A stretch of 60,000 bases of DNA from Lama glama (taxonomy: Eukaryota), in the NCBI GenBank assembly GCA_028534125.1, contig CM052816.1, positions 100,752,001 through 100,812,000 on the forward strand, written 5' to 3'. Positions 1 to 13,710 of the stretch are shown piece by piece. The first letter of the stretch is position 1. Every line of letters begins with the position of its first letter. Under the pieces are notes generated by a model. The model ran no database searches. It was not told where the DNA came from and was given only the letters and a program-made list of their open reading frames with translations. Both the position numbers and the translations under genes were made by a program.

Positions 1-1156
1 TCGTTGCCACTCACTTAACTTTAAAAAGAATAAAACAGACAAGAGACTGAACTGCACAAATTAAGATAATAAAATCAGCGTTTCCGCCACACGAAGCGGT
101 GGCATTTGCATCAGTGCAAAGCTTTGATAATAAGTTAAGAGTCTAATCTTACTTTAGTTTTAAGAAATAGGACATTCATCTTGTTAAAAATAAATATTTT
201 ACACGTGTTTCCATGGTTCCTTCGTAGCAGATCGCTGTTGGGGCTGTTCGCACGCCTCTCCTGCTCCGCTCGGGTCTGGTCACACGGTTTGATTATTTCT
301 TCATTGAAGTGTTTCATCCCACTGAGCGTCACGGCTTTGAATTTGTATCATTAATTTCATACCTGACCCTGAGCTATATTTTTATTACATTAAAGGGCTC
401 TGGAGTAGGTTGTGTTCATTTAGAAATAAGTATTAGGCAACGAGTCCAGGTGAGGCTGCACTGGAGCTTCCTCTGTTTCGTCTGTACCTCTGTTCCTCTT
501 CTAAACGTGGTTGTCAGGGTCTGATCCCAATGTGTGCACCGGGGGGCTGGAAGGGCGCCCGTCTCTTGGTGAGCCGTGGTGGCCTCTGGGGACCCACCTG
601 CAGCTCGGCCCCAGACCCTGTGGCCAGACGCGGCTGCCCACCAACCCAGGGCAAGGGACCCTTCGCGGGCCACCACGCAGCCTGCCGGCCTTCCCAAGGG
701 CAGCCTCACCCATTGGTCACCTTCCCACTTCCCAGGTCTCGGAGGCTCCCGGGAGCATCAGAGCCGCCCAGGGCCAGCCTCGGGGAAGGCGGGGAGCTGC
801 TCCGAGCCCCTGCCGTGCGCCAGGCAGCACCTGGGAAGCCGTGGCTTTGGTTTTGGATGCTTTGCTTTTGGACAACTGTCTCTTCCACTGAATTGAACTC
901 TCCAGGCTGACCCGACGCCTGCCTGAGCAGCTCGGGGCCTAGGCTGAATCTCGGGGTGACCTGGTCTGGGGTCCCTGGGAAAGCCTGTGGTTCTGAGCAG
1001 GAGGGACCGGGCCCCCCGGCCGAGTGCACAGGGCGTCAGCGCTCGGTCCCGCCAGGGGCTCCAGAGGGTGAGTTCCTTTCTGCTCACGAGTCCTCATTTC
1101 AAAAGTCAGCTAAAGAAAATCTGCCAGATCAAGACCATAAGCCGTTAGTAAACTGT

Positions 1157-1350
1157 CACACACAGCCACATGCACACCCCCACACAGACTCACATACACA
1201 CTCACATGCACACAGGCACCACCACACACTCACACAGACACATTCACACACACATGCTCACATTCACACACTATACACACTCACTCACGTTCACTTATAC
1301 TCACACACACACGTGCTCACGTACTCACACACACTCTCACGCACTCACAC
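1157..1350. repeat. Degenerate (CA)n / CACACT-rich simple repeat
   Basis: Interrupted CA runs (cacacagactcacatacacactcacatgcacac...). These generate the His/Thr-rich ORFs 956..1432 and 1170..1460. Confidence 0.95.
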
Positions 1351-3757
1351 CTTTCCCACTTCCCCTCCCCATGCTTTCCTGCGCGTTGAGCTTGAAGAAC
1401 CAGCACAAGGGCCCCTGCTCGGGAGGCCCTGAGCTGGTGAGTCTTTGTGCAGAAGGATGAGCTCTTTGTGGCTGCTCTCTTAGTGTCTGGACAGAGGTGA
1501 CCACTGCAGAGAGTCCCACGAAGGCCAGGGCCCAGGCCCCATGTGGCCTGGGGGTCCTCATCCCTTGGGCCGCTGACCTGACCGCCAGAACCCTAATCTG
1601 ACCTTTCTCTTGCGTCAAGTGATTCACTCTGCAAGCCCCAGGACCACCACCGCCTGTGCAGGGCCCCTGGAGGTGACGTTCCCGCAGGAGGACCCTGGCC
1701 CCACAGCCAGGAAGGTGGGACAGGAAGCCGGGACCGCTCTGCTTGGGAGACCCTGCTCATGCTGTAAATTCTCAAAACTGAGGCCCAGGCAAGGGGTCCC
1801 ACCCAGGGAGGGACATGATGGGCAGTTTCACAGGCTGACGAGCTGCCACCACATAGGAGTTAAGATGTTTTACCTACGAAACGGCTACATGATGATTTGT
1901 TAAGCAAATATCAAAGATACGCACACAGGCGCCAGAGGGAGTGCTTTCGGGGCTTCTATTTACAAATTTTTAATTACATCTTCTGTTTGAATTGGTTCTC
2001 CAAAGAATTAAAAACAGCAGTGTGGCCTTGGCGCTGCTCTCTTGTGCTCCCAGCGGCCGCCTCCTGAGCGTCCCGGGCACCGCGTGCAGGAGTGGCATCT
2101 GTTAATTGGCCGAGTGTGGTGCAGGAGAGCCAGAACCGGGGTCCCCGGGAGGCTCCCCAAGCCCGCGGCCCCTCCCACGCTGCTCACGGACGGTCGCTGA
2201 GGGTCCCCAGCGCACCAGCTTGGGGAGCCAGAGATTACATTTACGGCTTCCAAACCTGGGAGACCCCTTGCTCACATTTTCCCTCGGCTATAACCCGGCC
2301 AGTGCTCTGCTTAGAAGTCCCCCATCCACAGGCAGAGAGACAAACTTTGGAAGTGGCCCCGCGACTTCGGGGCCCTCGCTGCTCTGTGGGATCCCCTGGC
2401 TGAGACCTCTGCAGGGCAGCTGTGCAGCTTCTGCCCGGTTTCTGTGACTCACAGGCGATGCTCCGAGTCCCTGCAGACCCAGGTCCGGGCCCCCAACGTG
2501 CCCAGGACCGCCCGCTCCCGCTTAGGAAGCGGGGGCTTCCATCCGACCCTGCACCCACGGACCCCGAGCAGAGAGAGCAGCGAGGGGCCTCCCCCAAAGA
2601 GAGCGCTTGCCCGCAGGCGCTGGCGCTGCGCCGGGGCCGTGTGCCCGTGCAAGCGTGGCCCAGAGGAAAGGCTTTCAGCAAAGCCGCTGTGGGTCTGGGA
2701 TCCAAGAATCAGACCCCGTCCTTCCTCCCTTCCTCCCGAGGAGCCGAGGACCGGGGTCTGGCCGCCTCTCAGGCTTGGGGGTATCTCGGATGGCGCGCCT
2801 GCGTCCCCAGTGCAGGGAGGGGGACTTCCACCGCCAGTGACCAGGCGGCTCCCCACCTGAGTCCCAAGCTGTCCGGACACCTCTGGGGTCTCACAATGTG
2901 GCCCAGATGTCACGGCAGACCCCTGACCCTGCAGGTAGACGGCGGATGGCACCGTGCGAGCCCAGAGGTCGGAGGTCGGGCGGTCCTCACCCCCTCAGAT
3001 TCGCCCCGCCGTCCCTGTGCTCCTTCATCCGCTCGCTCGCTGTCGCGGGCAGGCCTGGGTCCCCGCTGGGCTCACACGCAGGCTGACGGTGTGGAGGAAC
3101 AGTGGGCAAGGAGGCCACGGTGCCCTTGCTGGACATGGGTTCTCCTGGGTGGGGGACAGTCAGGGAGAAATTAGACAAATGAGTGTGTACTGATTTCTTT
3201 CAAGAGAATGTGGGACAGACAGGGATGGGGCTTGGAAGCAGAGGGTGGTCAGGGAGGATCTTGGGTGGGTGAGGCCTGTGTGGACGCCTGGACCAGGAGC
3301 AGGGCAGATACAGACCCGTCTTGTCTGCAGGGTCAGAGGGGTGGGGGCTGACCCCAGGTACCACAGGAACTTCACTGAGAATATCGGGTGGTGGGCACCC
3401 CCACTGGCCTTGGCCCCCGGCCTGTCTGACTCTAGCCCAGTGTTCTGTGAAAACGGAACAGCCTCCAGATGTGAATGTACCCTGTGCCCCATCACACTGC
3501 TTCTGCACCCACGACCAGCAGCAGAGAGAGTCAGGACGCCGGCATCGTGCGAGAGACAGACCGCCTCATCACAGTGATGGACCCGAGCTCCCCTGAGTCC
3601 AGGGCACATGGTGCTGGCCGTGTTGGTCCAGGGTGGACCCAGGGCACCCCCAGCCCAGGAGGACAGGCTGGAAAGGGGCGGAGCCCAGAGGACCAGTGAT
3701 TTCCCCACCGTGACCCCTCTGCCCTGGGGCTGCCTCCCGCCTGTAGCTGTGCACGTT

Positions 3758-4121
3758 ACACACACACACACACACATGCACACTTACCCACATGTACACA
3801 CTCACAGAGTGCAAACTCACACATGAACACATATGCACATACACACTCACATGCACACACACAGCTGTGCATATATGCACACACTCATGTACCTGTGTGC
3901 ACAAATACACATACATGCACACATGCATGCACATATACATGTGCACTAGTGTACACATACACACATGCACACACCGCACATGCACACATGCCCACACTAG
4001 CCACACGCGCTCGTGTACAGATGTACGTCATGCACACAAAACACATACACAAACACGCTTACAGATACACACTCACAGGCACACACTCATACACATACAG
4101 ACATGCATTCACACACACACA
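3758..4121. repeat. Degenerate (CA)n/(CATA/CATG)n simple repeat, about 360 bp
   Basis: Alternating purine-pyrimidine tract acacacacacacacacatgcacacttacccacatgtacac... It generates the HTCT-rich ORFs. Confidence 0.95.
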
Positions 4122-6888
4122 GACGTACCCCTTCACACCAGAAGACCACCACTTGGGCCGGGGGCTTTTACCTGCGTCCCAGGTGTGCAGGGATGGAAAC
4201 ACAGCTGGGGACCAAGCCCGGCGGGGGACTGTGGTCTGGGAAGATGGTTGAGGGACCCAGCAGGACGGACGCCACTGCTGGGCAGCAGAGCTCCGGGTCT
4301 GGAACACAGGGGTTCGGGGGTGAAGGACACACAGGCCTGATGCTGTCCTGCCCTCAGCCGTGCAGGGCACCTCATTCATTAAGGCCGAGCTTCCAGAAGC
4401 CCCAGTGTCAGGAGGCAGGAAGCAGCGACCTCGGGGTGACCTCCCGGACATCAGCAGACCAGGCAGCCTTTGTCAGTGGCCAGGACCACTTCTGTCAGAG
4501 GACCCTGGACAGAGACCATGGTGGGGGCGATGTGGTCAAGGGTGGTCTGAGGGAGGGTGCGACCTCGTCCTGCTGGAGAACAGCACTGTCACTTTCTGCC
4601 AGGACGCAGGGCCAGGGCAGCGGCCCCTGTCCACTCCAGGCCCCCAGGGTCTCCCGATGAGGCCAAGCCCGAGTGTCCAGTGTGAGGCCCGTGGTGGCGC
4701 AGGCTTGGGGCCCAGACAGCCCTGGGGTCTTGGCCACACCTGCCACTTGCTGGGACACACGTGGGGGTGGCTGCCCTGCTGAGCTCCCTAACGTCACCCA
4801 CCAGACACCATCAGGGTGGGACGGCCCCACGCGGGTACGCGTCCCTCCCCGCCGCGCACAGCATCTGCCTGTCTTGGAGAGCGAGGACGGCGCTGAGGCT
4901 CCGGGCTGGGCATCTGAAGCCACCAAACTCAGGACATGACAGTCTTTCTCCTGGTGAAATTTTATGCTGGCCTCGTCAGCAGAGGCCGTGAAGGTGGACG
5001 CTCGGCCCCCGACTGTGAAGCGCCTTCTGCCGGGAGCCCTGGCGGCCCGGGGGTCCAGCAGGCCTGCAGGCCGGCCCTCCCCTCCCTCCCCCACCCACCA
5101 CCTCCGGCGACGGTGGGAGGTGAGCAGTGTGGCCCTGCAACCCTGTGTCTGGGTCCCCCCTGCCCGCCCGGGCAGGAGCCTCAGGGGCAGCCGGACCTCC
5201 AGGGTGGGCGCTCCAGCCTGGGCACGAGTCCCGACAACAGAACAGGGCACGGCCGACCCACAACCCCACCACAGCCAGGCCTCTCGGGAGGATGTCCCTG
5301 CGTTCCACTCTTGGGGAAGGACCCCTGACCTCTGGAGGGAACGTCCTGGGATTGGGGACCCAAGACGTCACTTGTGTGCTCCAGGCACCAGCCTGTGGTT
5401 GGGGGCAAGCCACCTGAACGCACCGGCTTCTTCGTATAGAAAACAAAGCCTTTGGACAAGATGGTCTTTGGGTTACCAAGCTCCGAGATTCAGATTCTGT
5501 TTTCCAGCCTGACGAGGAAACCGTTGCAGAATCACAGCAGTCAGCATCTTTGTGCAGACAGACCTCCCCGTCCCCCAGCTCTAGTAGCTCCCATTAGCAC
5601 ACATGCCAAGAAGTGGCACTTTGTGCACACGGGCATGTACACACAGACACACACACGCATATGCACACACACAGGAGGAGGCCTGGGTGCCTGTGGCCAG
5701 ACCCATGCCCACCTGGTGGCCCTGGCCAGGTTGCTCTAAGAAGAACTGTACCCTGAACACCTCCGTCTCTGCCTGAACACCGAGAAAACCACAGATACGC
5801 ATGCACACACACACGTGCACACGCCCAACATGTGCATGCACGTGAGTGCACACACGAACCTAGGAGTTTGGCCCAGGCTCTGTCATGTAAAACCCCTTGG
5901 TTGGCGATCTTCGAATCACTCACCACCACCGTAAGTAAAGGTAGAAGCTAAATAAACCGAGTGAAGGAGGCTTATCTGAAATGTGTTTTTAAAGCAATCT
6001 GTTCTACTTTCCAGAAATCAATACACTCCTCTGAGAGCGAGGACTTTTTTACGAACCAGTTTTTGTCCTGGAATTTCTTCAGAACGTCGTGCGCAGAGAC
6101 ATGAGTGCCACCTATGGAATCAAGTAGAGGCCTGTGGTCCTCCGAGCGAGGATGGAGCAGAACCTGTGGAAGGGAGAGCAGGGGGCGGCGTGGGGGAGGG
6201 GCTCGGGGACAGCGTGGCGCTTCAGGGCTTAACTTTCGCCGCTGGTGCTGCTGGTGTCACGGGATTTCTTCAGGAAGTTTAAGTTTTCACCAGTTCTCCT
6301 AATTTATATGATACCTGTAATTAAATTAGTATAGAAAGATACGAATATTTTTTAAAAAGAAACAAGGGATCTAAAAACAAATAAAATTTTATGCAAACGT
6401 GAGTACTAGAAAAAATAATTATTTTCTTTCAAAGATGAGAGGGTCTCACTTTGAACTCTAGTCTTGTATCTTAGTTTCCATAAAAATGACGTCACATGAG
6501 GAAAGGTTTCCGACAGTTTCAAGTCTCCGCTGGCCCCGAGCACAGCGCGACAAGCAGAGGCTCACTGCGGCCTTTCGCCTGATTCACTTTCTTTGATCTT
6601 CTTGTCTGGGCGTCAGCTGAAGCTGTAAAGGTACAGAGCGCTTCCCCTCTGAGGTCCCACAAGGGCTTGTCCTCCGACGCCCCCCTCTCTCTCCTGGTCT
6701 GCAGGAAGAGTTCTCTTTTCAGGATGGAAAGAGCTTTAATTGCAGTGATGGGAGGGCACGTGTGGTCCTTTATCTGAAGGCTTTCTGCAAGTTAGACATC
6801 TTTAACTTGCAAATAGACCCAGCTTGTAATTTAAATCACAGTTGTACTTTCCAGAGAAGACACTAGGATGAGAAGCGGAGGGCAGCCT

Positions 6889-6910
6889 CACACACACACA
6901 CACACACACA
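6889..6910. repeat. (CA)11 microsatellite
   Basis: Perfect CA run counted directly; degenerate CA continues to about 6948. Confidence 0.95.
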
Positions 6911-9900
6911 TGCTGTCACCCCCACACGCATGTACACACACAGAGACACCCCCAAACCCCGCCAAAAAAGGAAAAGAAAAAAGGATGAACCAAATCAAAA
7001 CAGCCGTGTCAGTCTTAAAAGAATCCATTTGTGATCACAAATGAAACATTTCCAATCTCATAACGGGTGGGTTGCTCAGCTTTATTACCAGCCATGCAAA
7101 GCAAGACCTCATCAAAAGAAGAGCTGCACGGAGGTCCCGCTTTCCATTAAAATAATTTCAAAAAGCTTTTTTTCTCCCCCTGAAAGAACCCATTTTGCAA
7201 GGTGATTTAGCTCAAAATCTGCTGGGAGTAACCCTTGACATAAAGTCATATTGTGTTGGAGTTTAGTCCTAAATTCATACATCAATTATTTACTGTCGAC
7301 GCCGATTGTATAAGTGTAGAAAATTACTAAGAATGATATTTTCTCTCAGGCAGAAAAAATGTGATACAGCACATACGCCCACCTAATGCGCAGCCCACTG
7401 TCCAGAGCCCCGGATGATTTATGCATTAGAAGCGGTGCGCGGGCGAGTGGGAAAGACAGAGGGGAGACAGCGACAGACACATTATTTTAAACCTTTCATA
7501 ACACCCATAAATATTTCATAACAAATAAATAAAGAATGTCGGGCTTGTGTGGAGACAGCTGTAGACGCACGGTTCAGTGCTCTGCAAAGCTCTGGGGAGC
7601 CCGCGCTTACCCGCGGTTAAACCCCCATTTCTTTTTAATCATCCACTTAGTGCATTGTGGGTAGAGGAGCTCTCCAGGTGAGTGGGGGTGCTGAAGGCGG
7701 TGGGCGTCAATGCCACTTTTCATCCCAGCGCCCTGGATTCTTTCTTGTTTTTTTTAGACAGAAAAACAGGAAAACGGGAGTCTCCTCGGTTTCCAGAAAG
7801 CTTTTCCAAAGTCTCGTCTGAAGGTTTCACACCAACATTAAGGACACACGTGGCCTCTGCGATTTTCCCCAGAGCCCACAGAACCCAAACTTTTTAAACT
7901 GACACTATTTTAAACTTCTGCAGAAGGCTTTCCCCGAGGCCACCGTGGCGGTAGGAGGCACAAGGTGCTTTTCTGACTTTCTCCTCACTTGAAAAAGAAG
8001 AAAAGAAAAGACACAACAGCAAGCACAATTTACTTTTGAATAAGGAACTCCGCGAGGGGTGCCTGCGGGCACGTGTGTGCCTGCGTGTGCCCATGTGTGC
8101 ACGTTTTTCTGTCCAATAGGGTGGCAGCAGCCGTACGTAACCACGTGTGCCGTCGGGAGCCTGTTTTCCATGACCAGGAGAAGCAGTTGTCAAATCTATA
8201 AGAAGCAGGGTGTCCTGAGTGCCTGGGCTCCTGGGTTCTCCGAGGGGGCTGTCGAGGGGGGTCCCCAGGCAGCTGGAGCATGCGTGAACGTCCCCCTCTG
8301 GGCAGGAGAGCCCCGCCGTGGTCCCCTGCATCACAGAGCTGCAGGGGGCTCTCATCTGAGCACCTCACTCTCCCCTGCTGTCCGGGACGTGGGCAGGGAA
8401 CTGTGGTTGCAGAAGACGGGGGGTCACAGGCAGGTGGATGGGCTCACCTGTGACCACTCAGTGCCGGGCTCAGGCGAAGGCAGCTCCCAGGGCCCCTCCT
8501 GCCGGGTTGCGGTGGGGTCTCCTGGGGCCTGGCTTTGCAGCAGCCCCTGGTGGGCAGATTCTGCCCTGTTGTTCTGGGCTTGGGTTTGTTTCTGACCCAG
8601 TGATCTGGTTCTCTCTCCGAATCCTTTGCTCACAGTAGCTGGATTGCTTTCTGCACCAGGGACCAAAGCTTCACAGGACAGTGGACTCTTCAGATCTTGC
8701 CACCACCACCCCTCCCCGTCCTGGACGTCCGTCTCCAGCCTCTGGTCCGTCGGTTGACCCACCCTCTTTAGAAAACAAATCTCTTATTTTCTGAATTAAG
8801 GGAAAAAGCTTCATTGTGAAAACCCTTGCACTGAATCATAGCCTAAAGTTTTAATAAACCTCATTGTTTTTTAAACATTTGAGGATATAACAAAGATGCC
8901 AAACAACCTGCTAAATATTCATTTCATTAATACCTAAGTACACATTTATTTTACTAATGATTGCGTGTGCTGCTCAGGGTTGCTCACTGTGAGCTCATCA
9001 TTGGTGAGTTCCAGTCGAGAAGAAAACAAGACACAGGCACCCAGACTCCGTCTTCTCCACCCAGAGGACGCGTGCGGTGACCGTTCCCGGCTCTGGGCCT
9101 CTGGGTCCGTCGTCCCCGACACCCAGGGGGTGGGAGGCGGGGGGTCGGGGCCCTCAGGCACCGGCACTGGCAGCCCCGGGGTCTCCATCCCCAAAGTGCC
9201 GGCCCTCAAGAGAGAGAGAGAAATGGGGGCTGAGCAGATACCAGGGATACTGCGGGAGAGGACGGTTTGGGGGAAAGAAAACGCAGACAGCAGCCAGACC
9301 AGCGGGCGGAGGGGACGCCCGTGTCAGCTGCCAACCCAGGCCGGGCGCCACCGGGCGCTGGAGTTCCCGGCGTGGCCGCACCTGGCGGACTTCCCCCAGC
9401 GAGGGGCTCCGTGAAAGCTGTGCTTGGGTATGGCCTTCACGCATGCTCCCTGCACCTCGTCTCCCCAGCTCGGCTTTTGTCCGGCAGCGGGTGTCACTTT
9501 GCGCGTCCGAGGCTTCCCTGATCACCAATTTTAACGACTGTTCACCAGGAAAGTTAAGGGCATGTCTGCGTTTTGGTTGTAGTTTTGATTGTTGCCCTTT
9601 TTCAACAAGGAGACATTTCCAGAGCGCTAACTCACATTATGGAAATCTTGGAAACCTGACGGCGTCCTTGCGACTTTCAATTACTTCCAAGTGTATCATG
9701 ATGGGTTTACTAAATATTTAAAGGAAAATCATATTTTGTTTAAATGCGCAGACAACGTTGACGCCTGTGACTCTCTCTCAGACGTGCCTGGAGGAAACGG
9801 AGCCCAGGGATGTGTCCAGTATCACCCCAACTTGTCTGCCTGGGGTCCCCCTCAAAGCCTCCCACAGCAGCCACGCAGGTGGAAACCCGTTATCCACTGA

Positions 9901-10865
9901 AAATGCGAATCTCTGTGCGGGAAAAGCGGTCTCATTTTGAAAAGAAACTCAGGGAACTGATCGGGGGTGGAACCCTAAGGTCTTGGGCTCTGACCCTTGA
10001 GCACCTCAGTGCAGCTAGACTGTCCAATGGCATCCCCCCAAGGACCCAAGGAACCCGCTCCCATGGGCGTGTCCTGGGGAAGCGGACGCAGCTCCCACCA
10101 GCTGTTCCAGAGGCTCCGAGGAGACCTGGGCAGAGTCAAGGCCACAGCGGGGGCTCCTCTTTCTGCCCGTCCCCGGGGAGGCCCCTACAGCCTGGGGAGC
10201 TGTGCTGACCCTCAGCTGGTGCTCTGGGCTGGGGCACCACTTCTGACATCACTGTCTTGGCTCAGCTGACGCTGGGCAGCCCCTTGGCTGTGAGCTTGCT
10301 TCTCCACGAGCCAGCGCACAGCTGAGACTGGCTTCTCCTCGGTTACCGAGGCTCACAGAGTTGTCCTCTCTTGGGGCCAGTGCTGGGCGTCGTGCTGCCT
10401 GAAGCTACCGCCAAAGGTCCAGCTGGAGGGTGCAGCTCCCAGGATGCCTCCCCAGGGGGATCATGTCTAGCACTCGCTGTGAGCCTCGGGAGAGGCTAGT
10501 TCAGAAAGGGGCCTGGGCTCCTGCAGGATGGGGACGCCAGGGCCAGCCTGTTGTCAAAGCAGCAGTGAGGCCACTCAGGCCACACAGGAGGGGCAAGAGT
10601 TCCCTTCAGCCCGGAAATGCCCCAGCCCCGCCAGCCAGCCTCCATGCTCACTTTTGTTCCTTGTCGTGGGGGCGGGAGCTTAGAGGGGCTTCTACCCCTG
10701 TTGGAGGCACAGGTGCAGCCTTGGACGTCCCTGGAGGAGGAGCCGACACCTGGTTTCAGGAGGAGGTCGCAAGATGGAGCCCAATCTCCTCGCTGGTGGA
10801 ACAGGACCTGACATCTCGGCCCTGCACCTCTTGCCGGCCCGGCGCCTGTCCCCGAGCCCCCCCCC

Positions 10866-10965
10866 NNNNNNNNNNNNNNNNNNNNNNNNNNNNNNNNNNN
10901 NNNNNNNNNNNNNNNNNNNNNNNNNNNNNNNNNNNNNNNNNNNNNNNNNNNNNNNNNNNNNNNNN
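10866..10965. other. Assembly gap (100 N)
   Basis: Run of exactly 100 N following a poly-C tract. Confidence 1.
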
Positions 10966-11429
10966 TGGTTTCCACCTCTGAGGACCAAGCACTCCCATCC
11001 CTGCCCTGGTCGTGACCCCGCAAGCCTCCCGCCCCCAGAGCAATGACGCTGAGCTGCAGGCAGCAGAGCAGGGCTTCCCTTAGACACCGTGGTGCGGAGA
11101 CTGCAAGGAAGCCGGTGGGAAGCCACACACACGCTCGGGGGCAGGATACGGGCCCCGAACTCGGCATCGAAGTGGAGGTTCCTCCCCCCGGAGGGAAATT
11201 CATCTTCATCTGCGGGTCTCAGAATCAAACAGTAGCCTGAGATGGCTATAACAACGGAGACACATAGCACATGACATCGCTTCCTTTCTCGTCTGGAATA
11301 TTTTGTTCCAGACTGTCGTGTTAATAGTTATTAGGTGGGGAGACCAGATGTTTCTGCTTTCCATGACGGTGGTGCAGCCCAGCTCCCCCACAGAGAACGA
11401 TGCACGCGCCGGGCGGAGGGGACCCCAGC

Positions 11430-13710
11430 TTAGCTCTGGCACAAAGAGCATGGACTTTGCTCTCCGGTCCTTACAAGAAAAAGCTGCACAGCCTGGAAAT
11501 CAATGATTCGTCCTGGCTCTCTCAGAAAACTGAGTTGACAGCTCTGGAACCTGGAGGGGCGGGAAGTCCACACGGATGCAGAGGGACCTGCTGACCCGGA
11601 CAGAAGCTGCCAGTCCTTCTGCTGGGAGCACCTGGACGGTGGTCTGGGTGGGCTGCTGGAAGCCGAGGTGAGCCGCGTGAGGCCGAGGGCTGCGCAGACC
11701 GCCACCCTGCCGCCGGCTTACCTGCGGAAGCCCCACCAGGATGTCCCGGCGAAGCTCTGAGGAAGCCCTCACGGCTCCGGCAGTGGGAGGAGACCAGCCA
11801 GCAGGAATGCGCCCGTGTCTCTAAAGCCGAGGGAGAGCCGTCCCCCGGAGCCGAGGTCCAGAGCCAACAGGACGGCCTTCCCCTCACTCCCGCCCCCTTG
11901 AGTCTCCTGGTCTCAACCAACAAGAGAAAAAGCAGCTCGACAAGAGGGAAGCCCTGTGAAAGGTGCACCCAGGGACCCGGCCCAAGGGAAGGCCCTTCCC
12001 TCCCCAACCTCGCTCGCACCAACACGGCCCAGAACGGCCATTGCGGGCTGTGCAAGGAGGGGCCCGGGGAGGCCCCAAGGCGGGGGGCCAAGAGCGCGGA
12101 GGAGAGGAGGCAGAGCCCCGCCGCCCGAGGCAGCCGAGACCTCAGACGCAGACCAGCCACACAGGCCGGCTCAGCCGTGCTGACGGCGCCCCCACTCCAC
12201 AGGCTGCCTCCTCAGACCCGGTGAGACACGTCTAGCTTTAAACCAAAAATGACAAGACATTCCAACAGGCAAGAAAAAACATAATCTGAAAAGACAGACC
12301 AAGCATCAGAACCAGACTGAGACGTAGCACAACGACGGAGCCTTCGGGTGGGGGGTTCACACAGGCGCTCCTAATTACCCTTACGGCCCAAACGGGAGAC
12401 AACGGGGTAACGTGAGCGAGTGGCTGAGAGTCTGAGGAGGACCCGGAAGAAGATGCTGGGAACCAAAAGTGCTGTGACAGAAACGAAGAAAGCCTTTGAC
12501 GGCTCGTCAGGACGTCTGGCACAGCTGGGGAGAGACCAGCGAACGTGAAGAAGGGAAGACAGAGACCAAAGTGCACAGGAAAATAGATGAGGCAGAACAA
12601 AGCCACACACACCGAAACGCAGCGTCAGAAGCTGAGGGAGGTTCCCAAAGGCGTCACATAACAGCTGGGATACCAGGGAAGGAAGGGAGAACGGAGCAGA
12701 GTGAACGTGTGAAACAGAAACAGTCGAGCAGGTGCTACTGCTGATGTCAGACACCAACCCGCACGTCCAAGAAGCTCGGGAAACACGAAGCAGAGGAAAC
12801 ACAAGGACGTTTACACGCGAGCGTATCGCCTTCAAAGTGTGAAACACCGAAGACAGAGAACATCTGGAAAGCAGCCCAGGGGAGACAGCACCTGCAGGAC
12901 AGCACAGCAGACGCCGGGTCGGGGCTCGGCGGGCCCGGCGGGAAGATTGAGTGGGTGGGAAGTTGCATTGTTAAAGGGAAAACAACCCGGCCACCTAGAG
13001 TTCGATAGTCAATAAAATCAATCTTCAGAGGTGAAGGAAAAATTAAGACTTTCTAGAGAAACAAAACAATTGAAGAATTTTCCAGTATGAGCAAAGAAAT
13101 TCAAGAAACAGGAAGAGTTTCTTTGGGGAAAAGGAATATGAAGTAGGTCAGAAACGTGAGCCTACGTAAAGGAGGAGGGTCAGAGGAGACGTGACTCACG
13201 GTGAAATGTCGGGGTGACCTCAGCGCATGACAAGTAACTGGTGAGCGACGGCAGCGTCACGGGTGGGAGGGGCATCGACGCTCCGCCCTACGGGACCTGC
13301 GCTGTCGCACGTGAAGCGGGGCGCGGCCGCTTGCAGGTGGGTTTAGATTCGTTTGAAACGTATATTGTGAACTTCAGGGAGACTACTAAATTCCTCAAAG
13401 AAGTTGAACTGATACACGAAGGGAGAAGTTAAGATGAAATCATGCGGAAGTCTCAGCTAGAACTGGACAAGGCTTTGGGCAGCGAATAGAAAACGGCTAC
13501 AAACACCATTGATGATGTCTGACCGAGCAGTTAGATCGACGGTCGCCTTAACAATACAGTGGCCAAAACTCGCGAGGCAAGACCTGCAGGACTGAAAGGA
13601 GACGCAGACAAACCCACCGTCACAGTGGGAGACGTCAGTGACCCCCTGTCAATAACCAATAGAGCCAGAGAGCAGAAAGGCAGTAAGGATGGAGCTGAGG
13701 TTTCGCATCA
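11430..13710 (+). mobile_element. Ancient LINE-1 (L1M4/L1MC-type) 5' portion: 5'UTR, ORF1 and endonuclease remnant
   Basis: 5'UTR-like acaagaaaaagctgcacagcctggaaatcaa (~11472). ORF1-like aaaaatgacaagacat...catcagaaccagactgagac (~12245), gaagaaagcctttgacggctcgtcag and atgtcagacaccaacccgcacgtccaagaagctc. ORF 13559..13792 contains LKGDADKPTVTVGDVSDPLSITNR, matching the L1 endonuclease motif LKGEIDxxTIIVGDFNTPLS. Confidence 0.85.

Noticed and set aside
6279..6314. Possible minus-strand terminal exon (VSYKLGELVKT*)
   Set aside because: Weak polypyrimidine tract, unrecognised peptide and no partner exons.
11715..11825. Minus-strand exon-like segment with a CAG|GTAAGC donor
   Set aside because: Lies within an old L1 5'UTR; no support beyond motifs.
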